Positions 1 through 10,300 of a stretch of DNA of 64,000 nt are shown piece after piece (within the stretch, counting starts at the first letter, position 1; each line of letters opens with the position of its first letter). The stretch lies in IMG/VR virus record IMGVR_UViG_2576861193_000002; one strand, written 5' to 3'. This DNA comes from a virus. Lineage: Duplodnaviria > Heunggongvirae > Uroviricota > Caudoviricetes. Position numbers and translations under genes: made by a program. The notes below the pieces were generated by a model, which was not told where the DNA came from, ran no database searches, and was given only the letters and a program-made list of their open reading frames with translations.

Positions 1-69
1 AGCACCTCAAAAACACCATCATACACTAAATCAGTAAGTTGGCAGCATCACCATCGCGCCTGAGGCACA

Positions 70-1164
70 TTAAGCGTCGGAGAGATCATCTTCATCACTC
101 CTTACTCTGGCATCAACCACATTAATATTGATCGCCACAGGCTGGGGATGTTCATTATCTTCCACCGTTTCGATCTCTTTGCGCAGCTTCTGGTTTTCCA
201 TTCTGCGCCGTTCAATTTCCAGTTCCTGTAGCCGTTTATCTGCACATAAAGCCCCGCCAGCAGAAAACAAACGCAACAATTCACGCCGGGCGGCAGCCTT
301 ATCCTCCAGCAGGATCTCAACGCCGAATTTTCCGAATTTTGCCCCTGCATATAATTGCCGCGCATCCCCATCAAGCAGAGTGGTATCAGCCATATAAAGC
401 TGTCCCGTTCCCTCACCGCAGCACTTCGGGCAGTCCGGATTGGGTATGGCGTTATCAACAAAGCCGAGGCCTCCATATTCCGGTTCGGGTTTGCCATCTC
501 TGGAAGCCTGCGCCGCTGCCTTGTCGAATTCTGCTATATCGCGCCACTGGTAGAGATGATTCTCGCCCCAGCAATAACGGCAGTTAACACGGCGAAATTG
601 TGCAAGCTGATTGGGGTCGGCCAGGACAATAGCCATCAACTGACTCACTAGTAAATCCAGGTCTGCGGTATAGCGTTTCTGGTACTGATTGCGGAAGTAG
701 CTGATAGCGCGAAAAACCCTGGCATTTCTAAGCATACGACTGGCGTTGCTGTTAGCTGTCGCACCTTGCCCCTCATAACCGGCTAGTCGGTACGCCTCTG
801 TCGGCTTTTTACCCTGAGCAACAAGCATCGCAAACTTAGCCTGCTGGTCAGAAATGCCGAATTCATCGGGACAGAACGAAAATTCCTCCGCGTCGCCCTC
901 ATTCAGGCCCGCATCGAATACTGGCTTTTTTTCCTGAGATTTTTCGTTCCGCTTTTGTGCAGTCTGCGCAGATTTTTTCTGCGCACTTTTTTGCGCAGTT
1001 TTGCACATTTCTGTCTGCGCATTTTTCGGAGTTTTTTTGATGTAACGACGGGCTGTTGCGTAATTCAGTCCCCTTGCTTCACACCATGCCACCGGAGACA
1101 TACCGGAGCGGGTGTATTCAGCAATATACTCCTGCTGCAACGCCCCCCAGTCCGGTCTGCTCAT
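70..1164 (-). CDS. putative terminase small subunit / DNA-packaging protein (N-terminal HTH, Cys cluster, C-terminal coiled coil)
   Basis: 364 aa ORF; position downstream of lysis genes and trkG in the late operon; HTH-like N-terminus; CPKCCGEG motif. Confidence 0.45.
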   Translation of the reverse strand: MSRPDWGALQQEYIAEYTRSGMSPVAWCEARGLNYATARRYIKKTPKNAQTEMCKTAQKSAQKKSAQTAQKRNEKSQEKKPVFDAGLNEGDAEEFSFCPDEFGISDQQAKFAMLVAQGKKPTEAYRLAGYEGQGATANSNASRMLRNARVFRAISYFRNQYQKRYTADLDLLVSQLMAIVLADPNQLAQFRRVNCRYCWGENHLYQWRDIAEFDKAAAQASRDGKPEPEYGGLGFVDNAIPNPDCPKCCGEGTGQLYMADTTLLDGDARQLYAGAKFGKFGVEILLEDKAAARRELLRLFSAGGALCADKRLQELEIERRRMENQKLRKEIETVEDNEHPQPVAININVVDARVRSDEDDLSDA

Positions 1165-1167
1165 CAG

Positions 1168-1419
1168 TTAGTCCTGATTTTTATCCACCCTGAGTAGTTC
1201 GCGCAGAGCAAAGGCATCCCCTTTTCTGGCAAGCTTAAACAATGCCGCTCGTAACTCGGCTTCACCTTTCGCTCTGCCCTTACGGATGGCCGCATAAAAA
1301 TCTGTCATTGCTTCCCGATTTTCTTTCAGTCGGTTCAGATCAACATCCAGAACGTCAGCGATTTGTTGTGCAGTCATCCGGCACGCTGCCAGAGACTCGA
1401 CTTTCGAATACGGAATCAT
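1168..1419 (-). CDS. hypothetical phage protein, possible HTH
   Basis: 83 aa ORF upstream of putative small terminase; start uncertain (overlaps upstream ORF). Confidence 0.35.
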   Translation of the reverse strand: MIPYSKVESLAACRMTAQQIADVLDVDLNRLKENREAMTDFYAAIRKGRAKGEAELRAALFKLARKGDAFALRELLRVDKNQD

Positions 1420-2308
1420 TTGTCACCCCCATTGATATGCAGGGTGTCTTCTTCCTGTATTTTTCGTGAAGGATTTTTACTGCAGCGTTGTTCCAGGTGA
1501 CCTGATGGTGAATGCGTTTATGGCTGGCACCCATCAGTGAGATTTTTACGCACGACGGCGCATACATGACGGAGTAAAAACTTTTAACGTAGGTTCCGGA
1601 ATCCAGATACAGCTCGGTCATTCCGCCGCTGTTTTTCTGCGTCTGTTTCTGCCCTAACTGGACAGCACCGATCGTCATAAACAATTCACCACAGCGACCG
1701 AGATTCGTGTACGTATTCACATCCTCGTTAATGCGCCCCATGAATGAGAACGGTCGATCAACCGAACAGATAAAGCTGTTCATTGCCTTGCGTTTCACCC
1801 ACGAAGCATGGCCGCCATTGTCACCAAGAAAATCCCCGCCCTGCGACATAGCGATGGAAAGAGCAGGTATTGATTCGTAGTACGCCAGCATTTCAGAAAG
1901 GATCGCATCCAGTTTCCTTATCGGAAAATAGGCCTGGTCATAGTTGCGATCCACCCGAAACTGGAACTCGTGATAATCATCATCGAGCTGAATGAAGTAT
2001 TTACACCCGACCAGTTTTGCCAGGTCGAAACAGGCATTACGGGCGTAAAAAATTGAGCGGCGGTCACAGAAATTATCGGCTTCGTCAAAACGACTGGCGA
2101 TATCGGCTTTGGAAAACACCAGCACCTGTTCACCAAATTCAGCCATGTACTGATTTCGTGTCTTATCTTCATCATCAACAACGATAAAAATTTTCCCGGT
2201 ATAGCCAGCACGACGCAACGTCCGGTAAGTCAGAACTTTGTCCGGTCGCCCGTGAGTCAGAATAAAGGCGCAAAAATCATCACGCATATTCCTCCTCCTC
2301 ACCACCAT
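1355..2308 (-). CDS. uncharacterized phage protein (acidic DDED / LDDD motifs; possible nucleotide-sugar transferase-like fold)
   Basis: 317 aa ORF translationally coupled to ParB-like gene; not recognised as a known family. Confidence 0.5.
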   Translation of the reverse strand: MVVRRRNMRDDFCAFILTHGRPDKVLTYRTLRRAGYTGKIFIVVDDEDKTRNQYMAEFGEQVLVFSKADIASRFDEADNFCDRRSIFYARNACFDLAKLVGCKYFIQLDDDYHEFQFRVDRNYDQAYFPIRKLDAILSEMLAYYESIPALSIAMSQGGDFLGDNGGHASWVKRKAMNSFICSVDRPFSFMGRINEDVNTYTNLGRCGELFMTIGAVQLGQKQTQKNSGGMTELYLDSGTYVKSFYSVMYAPSCVKISLMGASHKRIHHQVTWNNAAVKILHEKYRKKTPCISMGVTNDSVFESRVSGSVPDDCTTNR

Positions 2309-3071
2309 GCATGATCTCCACCATGCGCTGCGTCATCCGGACAAATCCATTTTCAATAGCCTGCTGATAATCAATGATCACCAGCGCCGACTCCTCGAAA
2401 AAACACTGAATTTCAGAGGGGGCGTGAGCGTAATAGTCCGCAATTCTGCTGAAATTAAACACCGTGTGACGTTCTGCCGCACACAGGAGGAATTTCTCAA
2501 TATCAGGCTCAAGGGACGCCGAACGTATCCGGCTGATCAGCTCCTGAGTTTTCGTATCGTCGTACAGTTCACTGATATCCGGTTTACCGCCCGACGGCTC
2601 ATAAACAGGCGTATCAATTTTCGTCGTATACGGCTCCTCCTCATTTCCTGTACCGGGCAAAACATCCGTCAACAGTTCATCAATTTCTGTCGGGATGAAG
2701 CCTGTCAGGGAGACATCAAAATCAGCATTGATTAGGTCCGACAGCTCCATCCGCAACAGATCTTCATCCCAGCCAGCATTCATCGGCAGGCGATTATCTG
2801 CCAGGCGGTACGCCTTTTTCTGCTCATCCGTCAGGCCAGACAGAACAATGACCGGAACAGAATCCATTTTGAGCATTTCAGCCGCCATAACACGACCGTG
2901 ACCCGCAATAATTTCGCCCTTTTCGTCAATCAGCACCGGATTAGTCCAGCCGAATTGCTTAATACTTTCTACCAGTTGTGCCACCTGCTCAGGGCTGTGC
3001 GTCCTGGCGTTGTGCGCATACGGTGACAATTCTTGTAATGGGCGATAGACTATCTTTAATTTCTCGCTCAT
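2280..3071 (-). CDS. ParB-like nuclease domain protein
   Basis: 263 aa; N-terminal ParB/Srx-like motif (…EIIAGHGRVMAA…); phage late region between trkG and terminase. Confidence 0.7.
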   Translation of the reverse strand: MSEKLKIVYRPLQELSPYAHNARTHSPEQVAQLVESIKQFGWTNPVLIDEKGEIIAGHGRVMAAEMLKMDSVPVIVLSGLTDEQKKAYRLADNRLPMNAGWDEDLLRMELSDLINADFDVSLTGFIPTEIDELLTDVLPGTGNEEEPYTTKIDTPVYEPSGGKPDISELYDDTKTQELISRIRSASLEPDIEKFLLCAAERHTVFNFSRIADYYAHAPSEIQCFFEESALVIIDYQQAIENGFVRMTQRMVEIMHGGEEEEYA

Positions 3072-3208
3072 ACAGCCTTGCTTTATGAATAAAACGCACC
3101 CCAGCAGCCAGTGCTACTGGGGACGGAGGGGTTGCTGGTAAAGTTAGGTATTGGATCAATGAGTGAGTCAACATAATATTAAACTCACAATTATAAATCA
3201 GCCATATA

Positions 3209-4666
3209 TTAGGAGCGCCAAAAAAAACCTGAAAACAATATAATAACAGGATAAATTTCAAGGCGACCAAGAATCATAGCTATGCACATTAAACATTTTG
3301 CAATGTCATTAAGCACTCCGAATGACGATACAGTAGCCCCAAAACCTAATCCCATATTATTAATACATGCAGCCACTGTTGCAAATGATGTAAGAAAATC
3401 ATATCCCATACCATTTAACACCAGTATAAAAAACACCGTGAAGAGAGTATAAAGAAAAAAGAAACTCCATACAGACCTCATTACACGATCTGTAACTATC
3501 TTCCCTCCTACATTTACACTCAACAACGCTCTGGGATGAGAAAGCTGATTTATCTCGTGTTTGCTTTGTTTGAAAAGTATAAGAAATCGAAGTGACTTAA
3601 TTCCACCACAAGTTGAACCTATACATCCCCCAAAGAAACTTGACAACAGCAAAAACACTATCGTGTGCGTGGGCCAACTTGCATAATCCTGCGTAGCTAA
3701 ACCATTATCAGTGAGCATGGAGCTGGCAAGAAAAAACGAATGAATAAAACTTCCATGCAAGTCATACATACCTATATGCCAGACCTGGAAAGAGGTAACA
3801 ATGATCACCCCTAAGGCTATTAACAGAAAGAAACGAAGTTCAATATCTCTGATTAAAGGTTTTATCGTTTTCCTGCTAATAACAATATACCAAAGAGTGA
3901 AGTTGAAAGCCGATAGCAGGGAAAAAGAACCAGCCACCAGCTCAACCAAATAGTTATTAAAATATCCGATACTCTCGCTATGAGTTGAGAAACCACCAAG
4001 CGAAACTGTGGAAATCCCGTGACAAATAGCATCAAACAAAGGCATTCCTGCAAGTCTATAACAGACAATACAAGCAATACCTAATAAAGAATAAGTTATC
4101 CACAGTGTCCGTGACGTATCGGCCAGGCGGGGAGTGAGTTTGTCATCCTTAAATGGCCCCGGCATTTCTGACTGATAAAGCTTTGCACCACCAATACCCA
4201 ATAATGGCAATACAGCAACCGCCAGAACAATAACTCCTAAACCACCTATAAAATTTAACTGTGACCGATAGTACAAATATGCCCGAGGTAATGAACTAAC
4301 ATCATCAATTACAGTTGCTCCTGTTGTTGTTATTCCAGAAACCCCTTCAAACAGAGCATCAATGAACGTTAAATTAAGTTCTGAGTCAATCCATAAAGGG
4401 AATGCACTAATAACAGAAAACAAAATCCAAAACATTACAATTATAATAAACCCATCACGGGTACGTAATTGAATGCCAGATTTCTTAGTTGTATACCACG
4501 CTCCGCCACCAATGCAAAAAAATATAACGAAAGTTATAAAGAAAACGAACAGGCTTTTTTCTTTATAAAACAATGCTACAACCATTGGTGGCAACATTGA
4601 AAGACTATAGAGCCAAACCAGGAACCCACACATATGAGTAACAACTCTTACATGAGATGTATTCAT
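3209..4666 (-). CDS. trkG: Trk potassium uptake protein TrkG (prophage-borne TrkH paralog)
   Basis: Polytopic membrane protein; N-terminus MNTSHVRVVTHMCGFLVWLYSL recognised as TrkG; AT-rich gene inside Rac, as in E. coli K-12. Confidence 0.9.
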   Translation of the reverse strand: MNTSHVRVVTHMCGFLVWLYSLSMLPPMVVALFYKEKSLFVFFITFVIFFCIGGGAWYTTKKSGIQLRTRDGFIIIVMFWILFSVISAFPLWIDSELNLTFIDALFEGVSGITTTGATVIDDVSSLPRAYLYYRSQLNFIGGLGVIVLAVAVLPLLGIGGAKLYQSEMPGPFKDDKLTPRLADTSRTLWITYSLLGIACIVCYRLAGMPLFDAICHGISTVSLGGFSTHSESIGYFNNYLVELVAGSFSLLSAFNFTLWYIVISRKTIKPLIRDIELRFFLLIALGVIIVTSFQVWHIGMYDLHGSFIHSFFLASSMLTDNGLATQDYASWPTHTIVFLLLSSFFGGCIGSTCGGIKSLRFLILFKQSKHEINQLSHPRALLSVNVGGKIVTDRVMRSVWSFFFLYTLFTVFFILVLNGMGYDFLTSFATVAACINNMGLGFGATVSSFGVLNDIAKCLMCIAMILGRLEIYPVIILFSGFFWRS

Positions 4667-4803
4667 ATCTAAATATTCTTTCAATTATAACCACCTTGCT
4701 GCAATATTATGATTATACTGTATAAAATTTAACTCCTCTTAGATCTTACTTCACTGTTCCTTATGAAACAATCATCAAAATGAATCATATTGTAGTTAAG
4801 ATT

Positions 4804-5268
4804 TTACTTTAAACACTGCTCGGTTATGTATTGCTGAGCACCTTCAAGTTGGGCCTGCATCATTACCAGTCGTTCCCGGAGGGTGAAATAATCCCGTTCA
4901 GCGGTGTCTGCCAGTCGGGGGGAGGCTGCATTATCCACGCCGGAGGCGGTGGTGGCTTCACGCACTGACTGACAGACTGCTTTGATGTGCAACCGACGAC
5001 GACCAGCGGCAACATCATCACGCAGAACATCATTTTCAGCTTTCGCATCAGCTAACTCCTTCGTGTATTTTGCATCGAGCGCAGCAACATCACGCTGACG
5101 CATCTGCATGTCAGTAATTGCCGCGTTCGCCAGCTTCAGTTCTCTGGCATTTTTGTCGCGCTGTTCTTTGTAGGCGATGGCGTTATCACGGTAATGATTA
5201 ACACCCCATGACAGGCAGACGACGATGCAGATAACCAGAGCGGAGATAATCGCGGTTACTCTGTTCAT
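4804..5268 (-). CDS. Rz i-spanin (inner membrane spanin)
   Basis: Near-identical to lambda Rz by eye ([15 protein letters not shown]… [41 protein letters not shown]). Confidence 0.9.
   Translation of the reverse strand: MNRVTAIISALVICIVVCLSWGVNHYRDNAIAYKEQRDKNARELKLANAAITDMQMRQRDVAALDAKYTKELADAKAENDVLRDDVAAGRRRLHIKAVCQSVREATTASGVDNAASPRLADTAERDYFTLRERLVMMQAQLEGAQQYITEQCLK
4863..5048 (-). CDS. Rz1 o-spanin lipoprotein, embedded in Rz in another frame
   Basis: 61 aa, lipobox VVGC, proline-rich ([15 protein letters not shown]); classic embedded Rz1. Confidence 0.85.
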   Translation of the reverse strand: MRKLKMMFCVMMLPLVVVGCTSKQSVSQCVKPPPPPAWIMQPPPDWQTPLNGIISPSGNDW

Positions 5269-5762
5269 TGCTGACCCCACAAACAGATTTCACGCTCAAT
5301 CTCACGACGAGTCATGAGACCTTTCCATTGCTTACCGCCAGCATATGTCCAGCGACGTAGCTGATCACATGCGCCTTTGATATCGCCCTGGTTTATTTTG
5401 CGAAGAAGCGTCGATGTTCTGAAATTGCCAGCACCCACGTTGTAAACGAATGAGTAAAGAGCGCCGCGCGTTGTTTCCGGTATATCGACTTTGATGTACG
5501 GGTTAATTTGTCTGGCGACCGTGGCAAGGTCTTTATTCAGCAGGGCTTTGCATTCTGCTTTGGTATACGTTTTACCGAGCATGATGTCTTTTCCTGTATG
5601 CCCGTGACATACAGTCCATACACCAACAATATCTTTGTATGGTATGTAGCTGACACCTTCCAGACCATCGTTACCACTTGGGCCAGTGATTAACACTGAT
5701 GCTATAGCAATTGCTCCGCCACCAATAGCAGCAGCAACGACTTTTCGTAATGATGGAGGCAT
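5265..5762 (-). CDS. SAR endolysin (phage 21 R-like lysozyme)
   Basis: 165 aa; N-terminal SAR segment [16 protein letters not shown]; lysozyme-like core; directly downstream of holin. Confidence 0.9.
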   Translation of the reverse strand: MPPSLRKVVAAAIGGGAIAIASVLITGPSGNDGLEGVSYIPYKDIVGVWTVCHGHTGKDIMLGKTYTKAECKALLNKDLATVARQINPYIKVDIPETTRGALYSFVYNVGAGNFRTSTLLRKINQGDIKGACDQLRRWTYAGGKQWKGLMTRREIEREICLWGQQ

Positions 5763-5977
5763 TATTCACCTCTCGCAGCCTTGCGCTTATCTTCTTTAAT
5801 CTTGAAATAAAGGTTTGTCAGGTACGTCAGCAGGCCAAATACCAGACTACCCAGCACACCGATTGCAGCCCACTGTGACGGAGTTACTCTATCGAGCAAC
5901 TGTAAAAACCAGTAGCCAGCACTGCCTGCGGAGGTGCCGTAGGCAATGCCTGTTGAAATTTTGTCCATGGATTTCAT
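5762..5977 (-). CDS. pinholin (phage 21 S-like) with MKSM dual start
   Basis: [26 protein letters not shown]… matches S21; SD ggaggtga upstream; starts at 5977 and 5968. Confidence 0.85.
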   Translation of the reverse strand: MKSMDKISTGIAYGTSAGSAGYWFLQLLDRVTPSQWAAIGVLGSLVFGLLTYLTNLYFKIKEDKRKAARGE

Positions 5978-6228
5978 AGCCTCACCTCCGCACGGAACGG
6001 ATGGCATAGTTATTATATGTAGGCTTTCAGACACATCAATCAGAGCCTTAATTGATATATATGCTGGAGACGATGCAATATAAAAAGCTCGCCGTAGCGA
6101 GCTAATAAAATGTATTTCTCTGATATTATGTTTATTTGTATTAGCTCAGACTTGACATCACAGGTTTCGTATATAGAACATCATCAAATCTGTCAGTTTG
6201 CTATGAATGAGATATAGTAATTGAAGAG

Positions 6229-6624
6229 CTAACCTCGCATGTCAAAGCCAGATTTCTGAAAATCTCTGTAGACTTCCGGATTGTTGAAGGCCGGAAATTT
6301 GGCTTTATGAGCTGCGGACTTTATCGCTTCGCAATAGGCTTTATCACCGTTACTGGTAGATATTTTTAACGCCGTGCCATCCTGAGAGAATTCCATATGC
6401 AACCTGCATTTTTTCCCTTTCCAGTTATGCGGCTCATCAAGTTTGGCATTAATTGCAGCTCTGATTCCCCGCGCTTGCGCCCCCCATTCATCCTGATCAT
6501 CCCAGCGTCCTGAACTGCAACTACCTGTAGCAGTAGTTTTGTGGCAATCTGAAGGGTGTAAAGGTGTGCATCCCGCAACAAAACCGACCCAAAAAGTCAA
6601 CATAACGATTTTCTTTAATCCCAC
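6229..6624 (-). CDS. prophage lipoprotein with divergent TolA domain III-like C-terminus
   Basis: 131 aa; signal peptide + lipobox (VAGC); C-terminal region alignable with the paralog at 6775-7203. Confidence 0.6.
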   Translation of the reverse strand: MGLKKIVMLTFWVGFVAGCTPLHPSDCHKTTATGSCSSGRWDDQDEWGAQARGIRAAINAKLDEPHNWKGKKCRLHMEFSQDGTALKISTSNGDKAYCEAIKSAAHKAKFPAFNNPEVYRDFQKSGFDMRG

Positions 6625-6774
6625 TTCTTGCTCCTCAATCCATTAAAATCTCAGCAATAGTAGTTGTTACGTCCGCCACTGGCTCAGAGCTGACTATCCG
6701 CTAAATTTAGCTCAGTGCCGTAGCTGTGTCAGAACAAACCTAAGCCGAAACCGTTTATTACAAAACAATAAATA

Positions 6775-7203
6775 TCAGGGTTTAAAATCCAGCACCCCAT
6801 TTTGAAATACTTTATATACTTCCGGCGAAGGGGGGGCAGGTATATCAGCATTCTTTATCGCATTCATCGCTTCACGACATAAATCGAGGTCTCCACTTTC
6901 TCTTTTAACCTCCAGTAGAAGGCCATTCGGGGCCATATGCATTCTCAGTGTACACTCTTTTCCTGAATACTTACTCGCATCCCCGAACTGTTTTTCGATG
7001 GCGCTCTTGATTTGATGGGCATACAGACGGATATCCTCACTAACATCAGAAGTACGTTCAGATGAACTCACATACTGTGTCTCTATTGCTTTATCGGAGT
7101 AATATGATGTACGGTCATGATAATTTGTCGATACAGCATCAGTGCACCCGATAATAATCCCACTAATAATCAACGTAAGAATTGATGCGCTACGAAAACC
7201 CAT
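6775..7203 (-). CDS. prophage lipoprotein carrying a TolA C-terminal domain (domain III)-like module
   Basis: 142 aa; lipobox IIGC; C-terminus …IKSAIEKQFGDASKYSGKECTLRMHMAPNGLLLEVKRESGDLDLCREAMNAIKNADIPAPPSPEVYKVFQNGVLDFKP closely resembles E. coli TolA C-terminus as recalled. Confidence 0.7.
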   Translation of the reverse strand: MGFRSASILTLIISGIIIGCTDAVSTNYHDRTSYYSDKAIETQYVSSSERTSDVSEDIRLYAHQIKSAIEKQFGDASKYSGKECTLRMHMAPNGLLLEVKRESGDLDLCREAMNAIKNADIPAPPSPEVYKVFQNGVLDFKP

Positions 7204-8140
7204 TTTTCCTCACATATGTCATATAGTAAAGGATTATATATACCGTTGTTTTGGACGCTCAAACAGCGAATCAGATCAAATAAAACGCACATTTGTTAAC
7301 ATTTACACAAAGTCTGCGTGGGATATTCTGAAAGAATATCCATAATGTGGAGAGAATCTATTGAAGTGCATGGTGCCGGGTGCCTCCCGGTGAACAAAAT
7401 GTTCGTGATACCTGTCGGCGACAGAAAAGGTTAATGGTATCACCCCACCGCACAGGGGGATTCACCATGCAGGAGTTTTCTTAGCAAACTCACTGCGCGC
7501 CCGGCAACTCCCAACCACATAAAATGCGGAGTTTGTGGTATTTATGCATATAACTCGCAGGAATTATCTTAAAAAACTGATGTCGATCCGGATTAAAAAG
7601 AAGCAGGTCATCATCAGATGACTGGAAAAAAGGAAAACAAAAAATACTCATCATACAGTTTTGATTGCAGGGATGAGCCTGCTATGCACAATATGCAGAA
7701 TATAAGCAAGATAAAAATATGCAGGCATATTATTTCGGATTTTGTTATTAACACAACCTTTTTAATAATCATTTGGCATACAATAAACCAGCCCAAAAAG
7801 AACCGCCTAAACAGGCGGTTGGTCAATACAAAGGATGCTTCGTCTTTATTATAGTAATCTGAGGCGTCGGGTGTCTTGTATCAGACAACATATTGTCCCG
7901 CTAAACAGCGAATTACAAACCACCCTGCAATGATCTCTCATCTCATTTTATATGAGTTGACGACATCAGGATAACGCATCATCAGCCCCTGCCAAGAAAT
8001 ATCAAAACTCCCGCCAGCAATGTGTTATCACAATAATGTAAAAAAAACACAGCACCGAAACTATAACTGGTCTCTGTTATAATTTGGAGCAGAAAGACCA
8101 GTTGCCCAACTAGCAGCATTCTCCCCTGCTTTCCTGACGT

Positions 8141-8167
8141 AAAAAAACCGCATTAAGCGGTTTTTTT
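8141..8167. terminator. bidirectional intrinsic terminator downstream of Q (tR'-like)
   Basis: A7-ccgc-attaa-gcgg-T7 perfect hairpin flanked by A and T runs. Confidence 0.6.
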
Positions 8168-8247
8168 ACGATGTCCATGTCTGCAATCCGCCTCGCGATA
8201 CAGCTTTGCGAAGCATAGCAAAATTGAAGCAGTTTATACGTAAGAAA

Positions 8248-8790
8248 TCAAGCCATTTTCTCAGCAAATGATTCACGCATGGGAATATATAGGGCATACT
8301 CAGCAACAGCTAACCAATTAGCAATCCGTTTTTCGCATGTGCTAAAACACCACTCTGGGTGTGCATCATTTAGCAATTCAGCCATTTTGCGCTTAGTCAT
8401 CCCCCGCCCTTCATAGCGTTGCCGGAGAATGCAAATCAATCCTGGATGCTCTGCCAGCACCTCACTTATGACTCGATCAATACATAACGCCTCTGCATCA
8501 GTACAATGCGCCAGCCAGCTCTTTTGCTTGCCGTTGATCATCTCTCGCAAAAACGCTTCCAGCTCAGCTTTCTCTATTCCCGCTTTTTTCATTCTGCGCA
8601 GGGCTTCATTAATGGCTGTTTTCGTCAGTTTTTTGGATGCCAACAACTGATTGAACATATTCCCTGACCTGCCACCGCCAATATACGACCAGCGCCCCCA
8701 CATACGTAGTTTTCCCTGAATCCAGACACTTTCCAGCGTGGTGAGGCGAAGGTGTTCTCCGCTTTTTCCTGTATTCGTTGGGTAAATCAT
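8248..8790 (-). CDS. late antiterminator Q-like protein
   Basis: 180 aa; position between nin-like genes and tR'/lysis cassette; Cys-containing Q-like C-terminus. Confidence 0.7.
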   Translation of the reverse strand: MIYPTNTGKSGEHLRLTTLESVWIQGKLRMWGRWSYIGGGRSGNMFNQLLASKKLTKTAINEALRRMKKAGIEKAELEAFLREMINGKQKSWLAHCTDAEALCIDRVISEVLAEHPGLICILRQRYEGRGMTKRKMAELLNDAHPEWCFSTCEKRIANWLAVAEYALYIPMRESFAEKMA

Positions 8791-9077
8791 AAATGACCTT
8801 TCTTTCTCCAGATTTCTTGTGTGCGAAAAACCCCTTCAGCATGCATCAGGCGCAATTCTTCTTTGGTGTAATCGCTGGTTTTTACCCGCCCGTCGATTAG
8901 ATCGTGGCATGAGCTACAGGCTATCGCCGCCTGCATATCGTGTGGTTTTGTCGCTGTTCCGCACGTCCCCGCCAGCCTGTAATGCGCCAGCACAGAGGTT
9001 TCGGGATTGTGATTGCAGTAGCCAGGGATTCTGATCTGGCACATCTGGCCTTTAGCCGCTTTACGTAAATTCACCAT
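8787..9077 (-). CDS. YbcO-like nin-region protein (DUF1364-like, Cys-rich)
   Basis: 96 aa with multiple CxxC/H motifs; translationally coupled to Q. Confidence 0.65.
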   Translation of the reverse strand: MVNLRKAAKGQMCQIRIPGYCNHNPETSVLAHYRLAGTCGTATKPHDMQAAIACSSCHDLIDGRVKTSDYTKEELRLMHAEGVFRTQEIWRKKGHL

Positions 9078-9676
9078 TACGCAAACTCCAGTAGTTGTGC
9101 GGCCACATTTTCAACTTCCTCCTGAGAGGAGAATTTACGGAACAGAATCCAGTTCCACAGCACATTCAGTACAGATTTATAAACCTGCTGAAACTCGACT
9201 TCGTCCACATTCGCAAAAGCGATGGATTTTGCCCGACGCCCACGGCTACCGTCCGGATAAATATGCTCGGTGTAAAATCCGGCCTGAATGGTTACCCACT
9301 CGCGGAAAGCCTCAAACGACTTTAGCAACGCCGTATCCCGGGTTCTACGAGTCGCAACGGTGTTAAGGTATTGCTCTGCGGCATCACTCAGGGCTGGCGT
9401 GTGTTCCCGACCAACTGATTCGCACAGGTAATCAACGAAACCAGACAGCAGTTCTCGTTCGCGAGGCGTGATCGCCCCACCGACCGGAGTCCAGTAATCG
9501 AATCCCAGTTGCAGGAGTTTGAAAAAACGCTTGTGGAATGCGTAGTTACGCACACGCTTAAAGTCTGCGTGTATCCACTCACCTATTTTGATTTGATGCA
9601 GAAAATCGCAACTCTCCGGCGTCGCCGGGAGAAGTAAACCAGAAGAAGTTTGTTTGACCAGTTGTATATGCGCCAT
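9077..9676 (-). CDS. YbcN-like nin-region protein (DUF1367-like)
   Basis: 199 aa; synteny with ybcN-ybcO-Q of lambdoid prophages. Confidence 0.65.
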   Translation of the reverse strand: MAHIQLVKQTSSGLLLPATPESCDFLHQIKIGEWIHADFKRVRNYAFHKRFFKLLQLGFDYWTPVGGAITPRERELLSGFVDYLCESVGREHTPALSDAAEQYLNTVATRRTRDTALLKSFEAFREWVTIQAGFYTEHIYPDGSRGRRAKSIAFANVDEVEFQQVYKSVLNVLWNWILFRKFSSQEEVENVAAQLLEFA

Positions 9677-9949
9677 TTCTCAATCTCTCGATGGCGCAGT
9701 GCAGCAGATGCCAGTTGTTCAGGCTGACGTATAAAGTATAAATAAACTGGTTCCAGTGTAAAGCCCCCACCTTAATGGAATAAAAACCAAACAACAGATT
9801 GCTGGGATACAAACAACGCTTATTATTAAAAGCGGTTAAACAAATTAAATTTTAATGTTATGCAAATTTGTCAGATCACCATAATATCTCATTTGAAAAC
9901 CGCTGAAATAACAATCCTATCAGGATTAATCATATTAAGGTGAGTAAAT

Positions 9950-10036
9950 ATGGAAAACAACAAATCTGCACATTACGCTCCTTTTTTATCTGTAATACTT
10001 TTTGTTTTTTGCTGTGTATGGGCATTATTTTTATAA
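9950..10036 (+). CDS. candidate 28-aa hydrophobic small protein
   Basis: ATG preceded by SD aaggtgag; MENNKSAHYAPFLSVILFVFCCVWALFL; AT-rich intergenic region next to hok. Confidence 0.3.
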   Translation: MENNKSAHYAPFLSVILFVFCCVWALFL

Positions 10037-10113
10037 AAATATTCACAGATAAAATAAACTCGCCGAATCAGGTTAAGTGTGGGTGCGTTGAGGATGCCTG
10101 ACACATCAGAGGC

Positions 10114-10135
10114 GGCGAGGGATTTCTCCCTCGCC
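10114..10135 (-). other. stable stem-loop at 3' end of hok transcript
   Basis: ggcgaggga-tttc-tccctcgcc perfect 9-bp stem just downstream of hok stop. Confidence 0.4.
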
Positions 10136-10144
10136 TAGTCACTC

Positions 10145-10300
10145 TTACTCCTCAGGTTCGTAAGCTGTGAAGACAGCGACCTCCGTCTGACCGGTTCGGA
10201 TTCGCACCTCGCAGAGGTCTTTCCTCGTTACCAGTGCCGTCACTATGACGGTTAAACAGATGACAATCAGTGCGACTAACATCGCCTTTTGCTGCTTCAT
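10145..10300 (-). CDS. hok: Hok/Gef family type I toxin (HokD/RelF-like)
   Basis: MKQQKAMLVALIVICLTVIVTALVTRKDLCEVRIRTGQTEVAVFTAYEPEE; SD aaggag upstream; in-frame upstream extension in the six-frame ORF. Confidence 0.85.
   Translation of the reverse strand: MKQQKAMLVALIVICLTVIVTALVTRKDLCEVRIRTGQTEVAVFTAYEPEE

Noticed and set aside
7350-7470. GC-rich patch in the AT-rich region between tR' and the lipoprotein genes, considered as a phage tRNA or sRNA
   Set aside because: No acceptor/D/anticodon/T-arm cloverleaf could be folded by eye and there is no T-loop GTTCRANYC motif; left unannotated.
7614-7826. 70-aa hydrophobic minus-strand ORF in the AT-rich region downstream of Q
   Set aside because: Its start lies inside a terminator-like hairpin at about 7803-7822, it has no SD, and the hydrophobicity reflects AT-rich composition. 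Cannot be excluded, but not supported.
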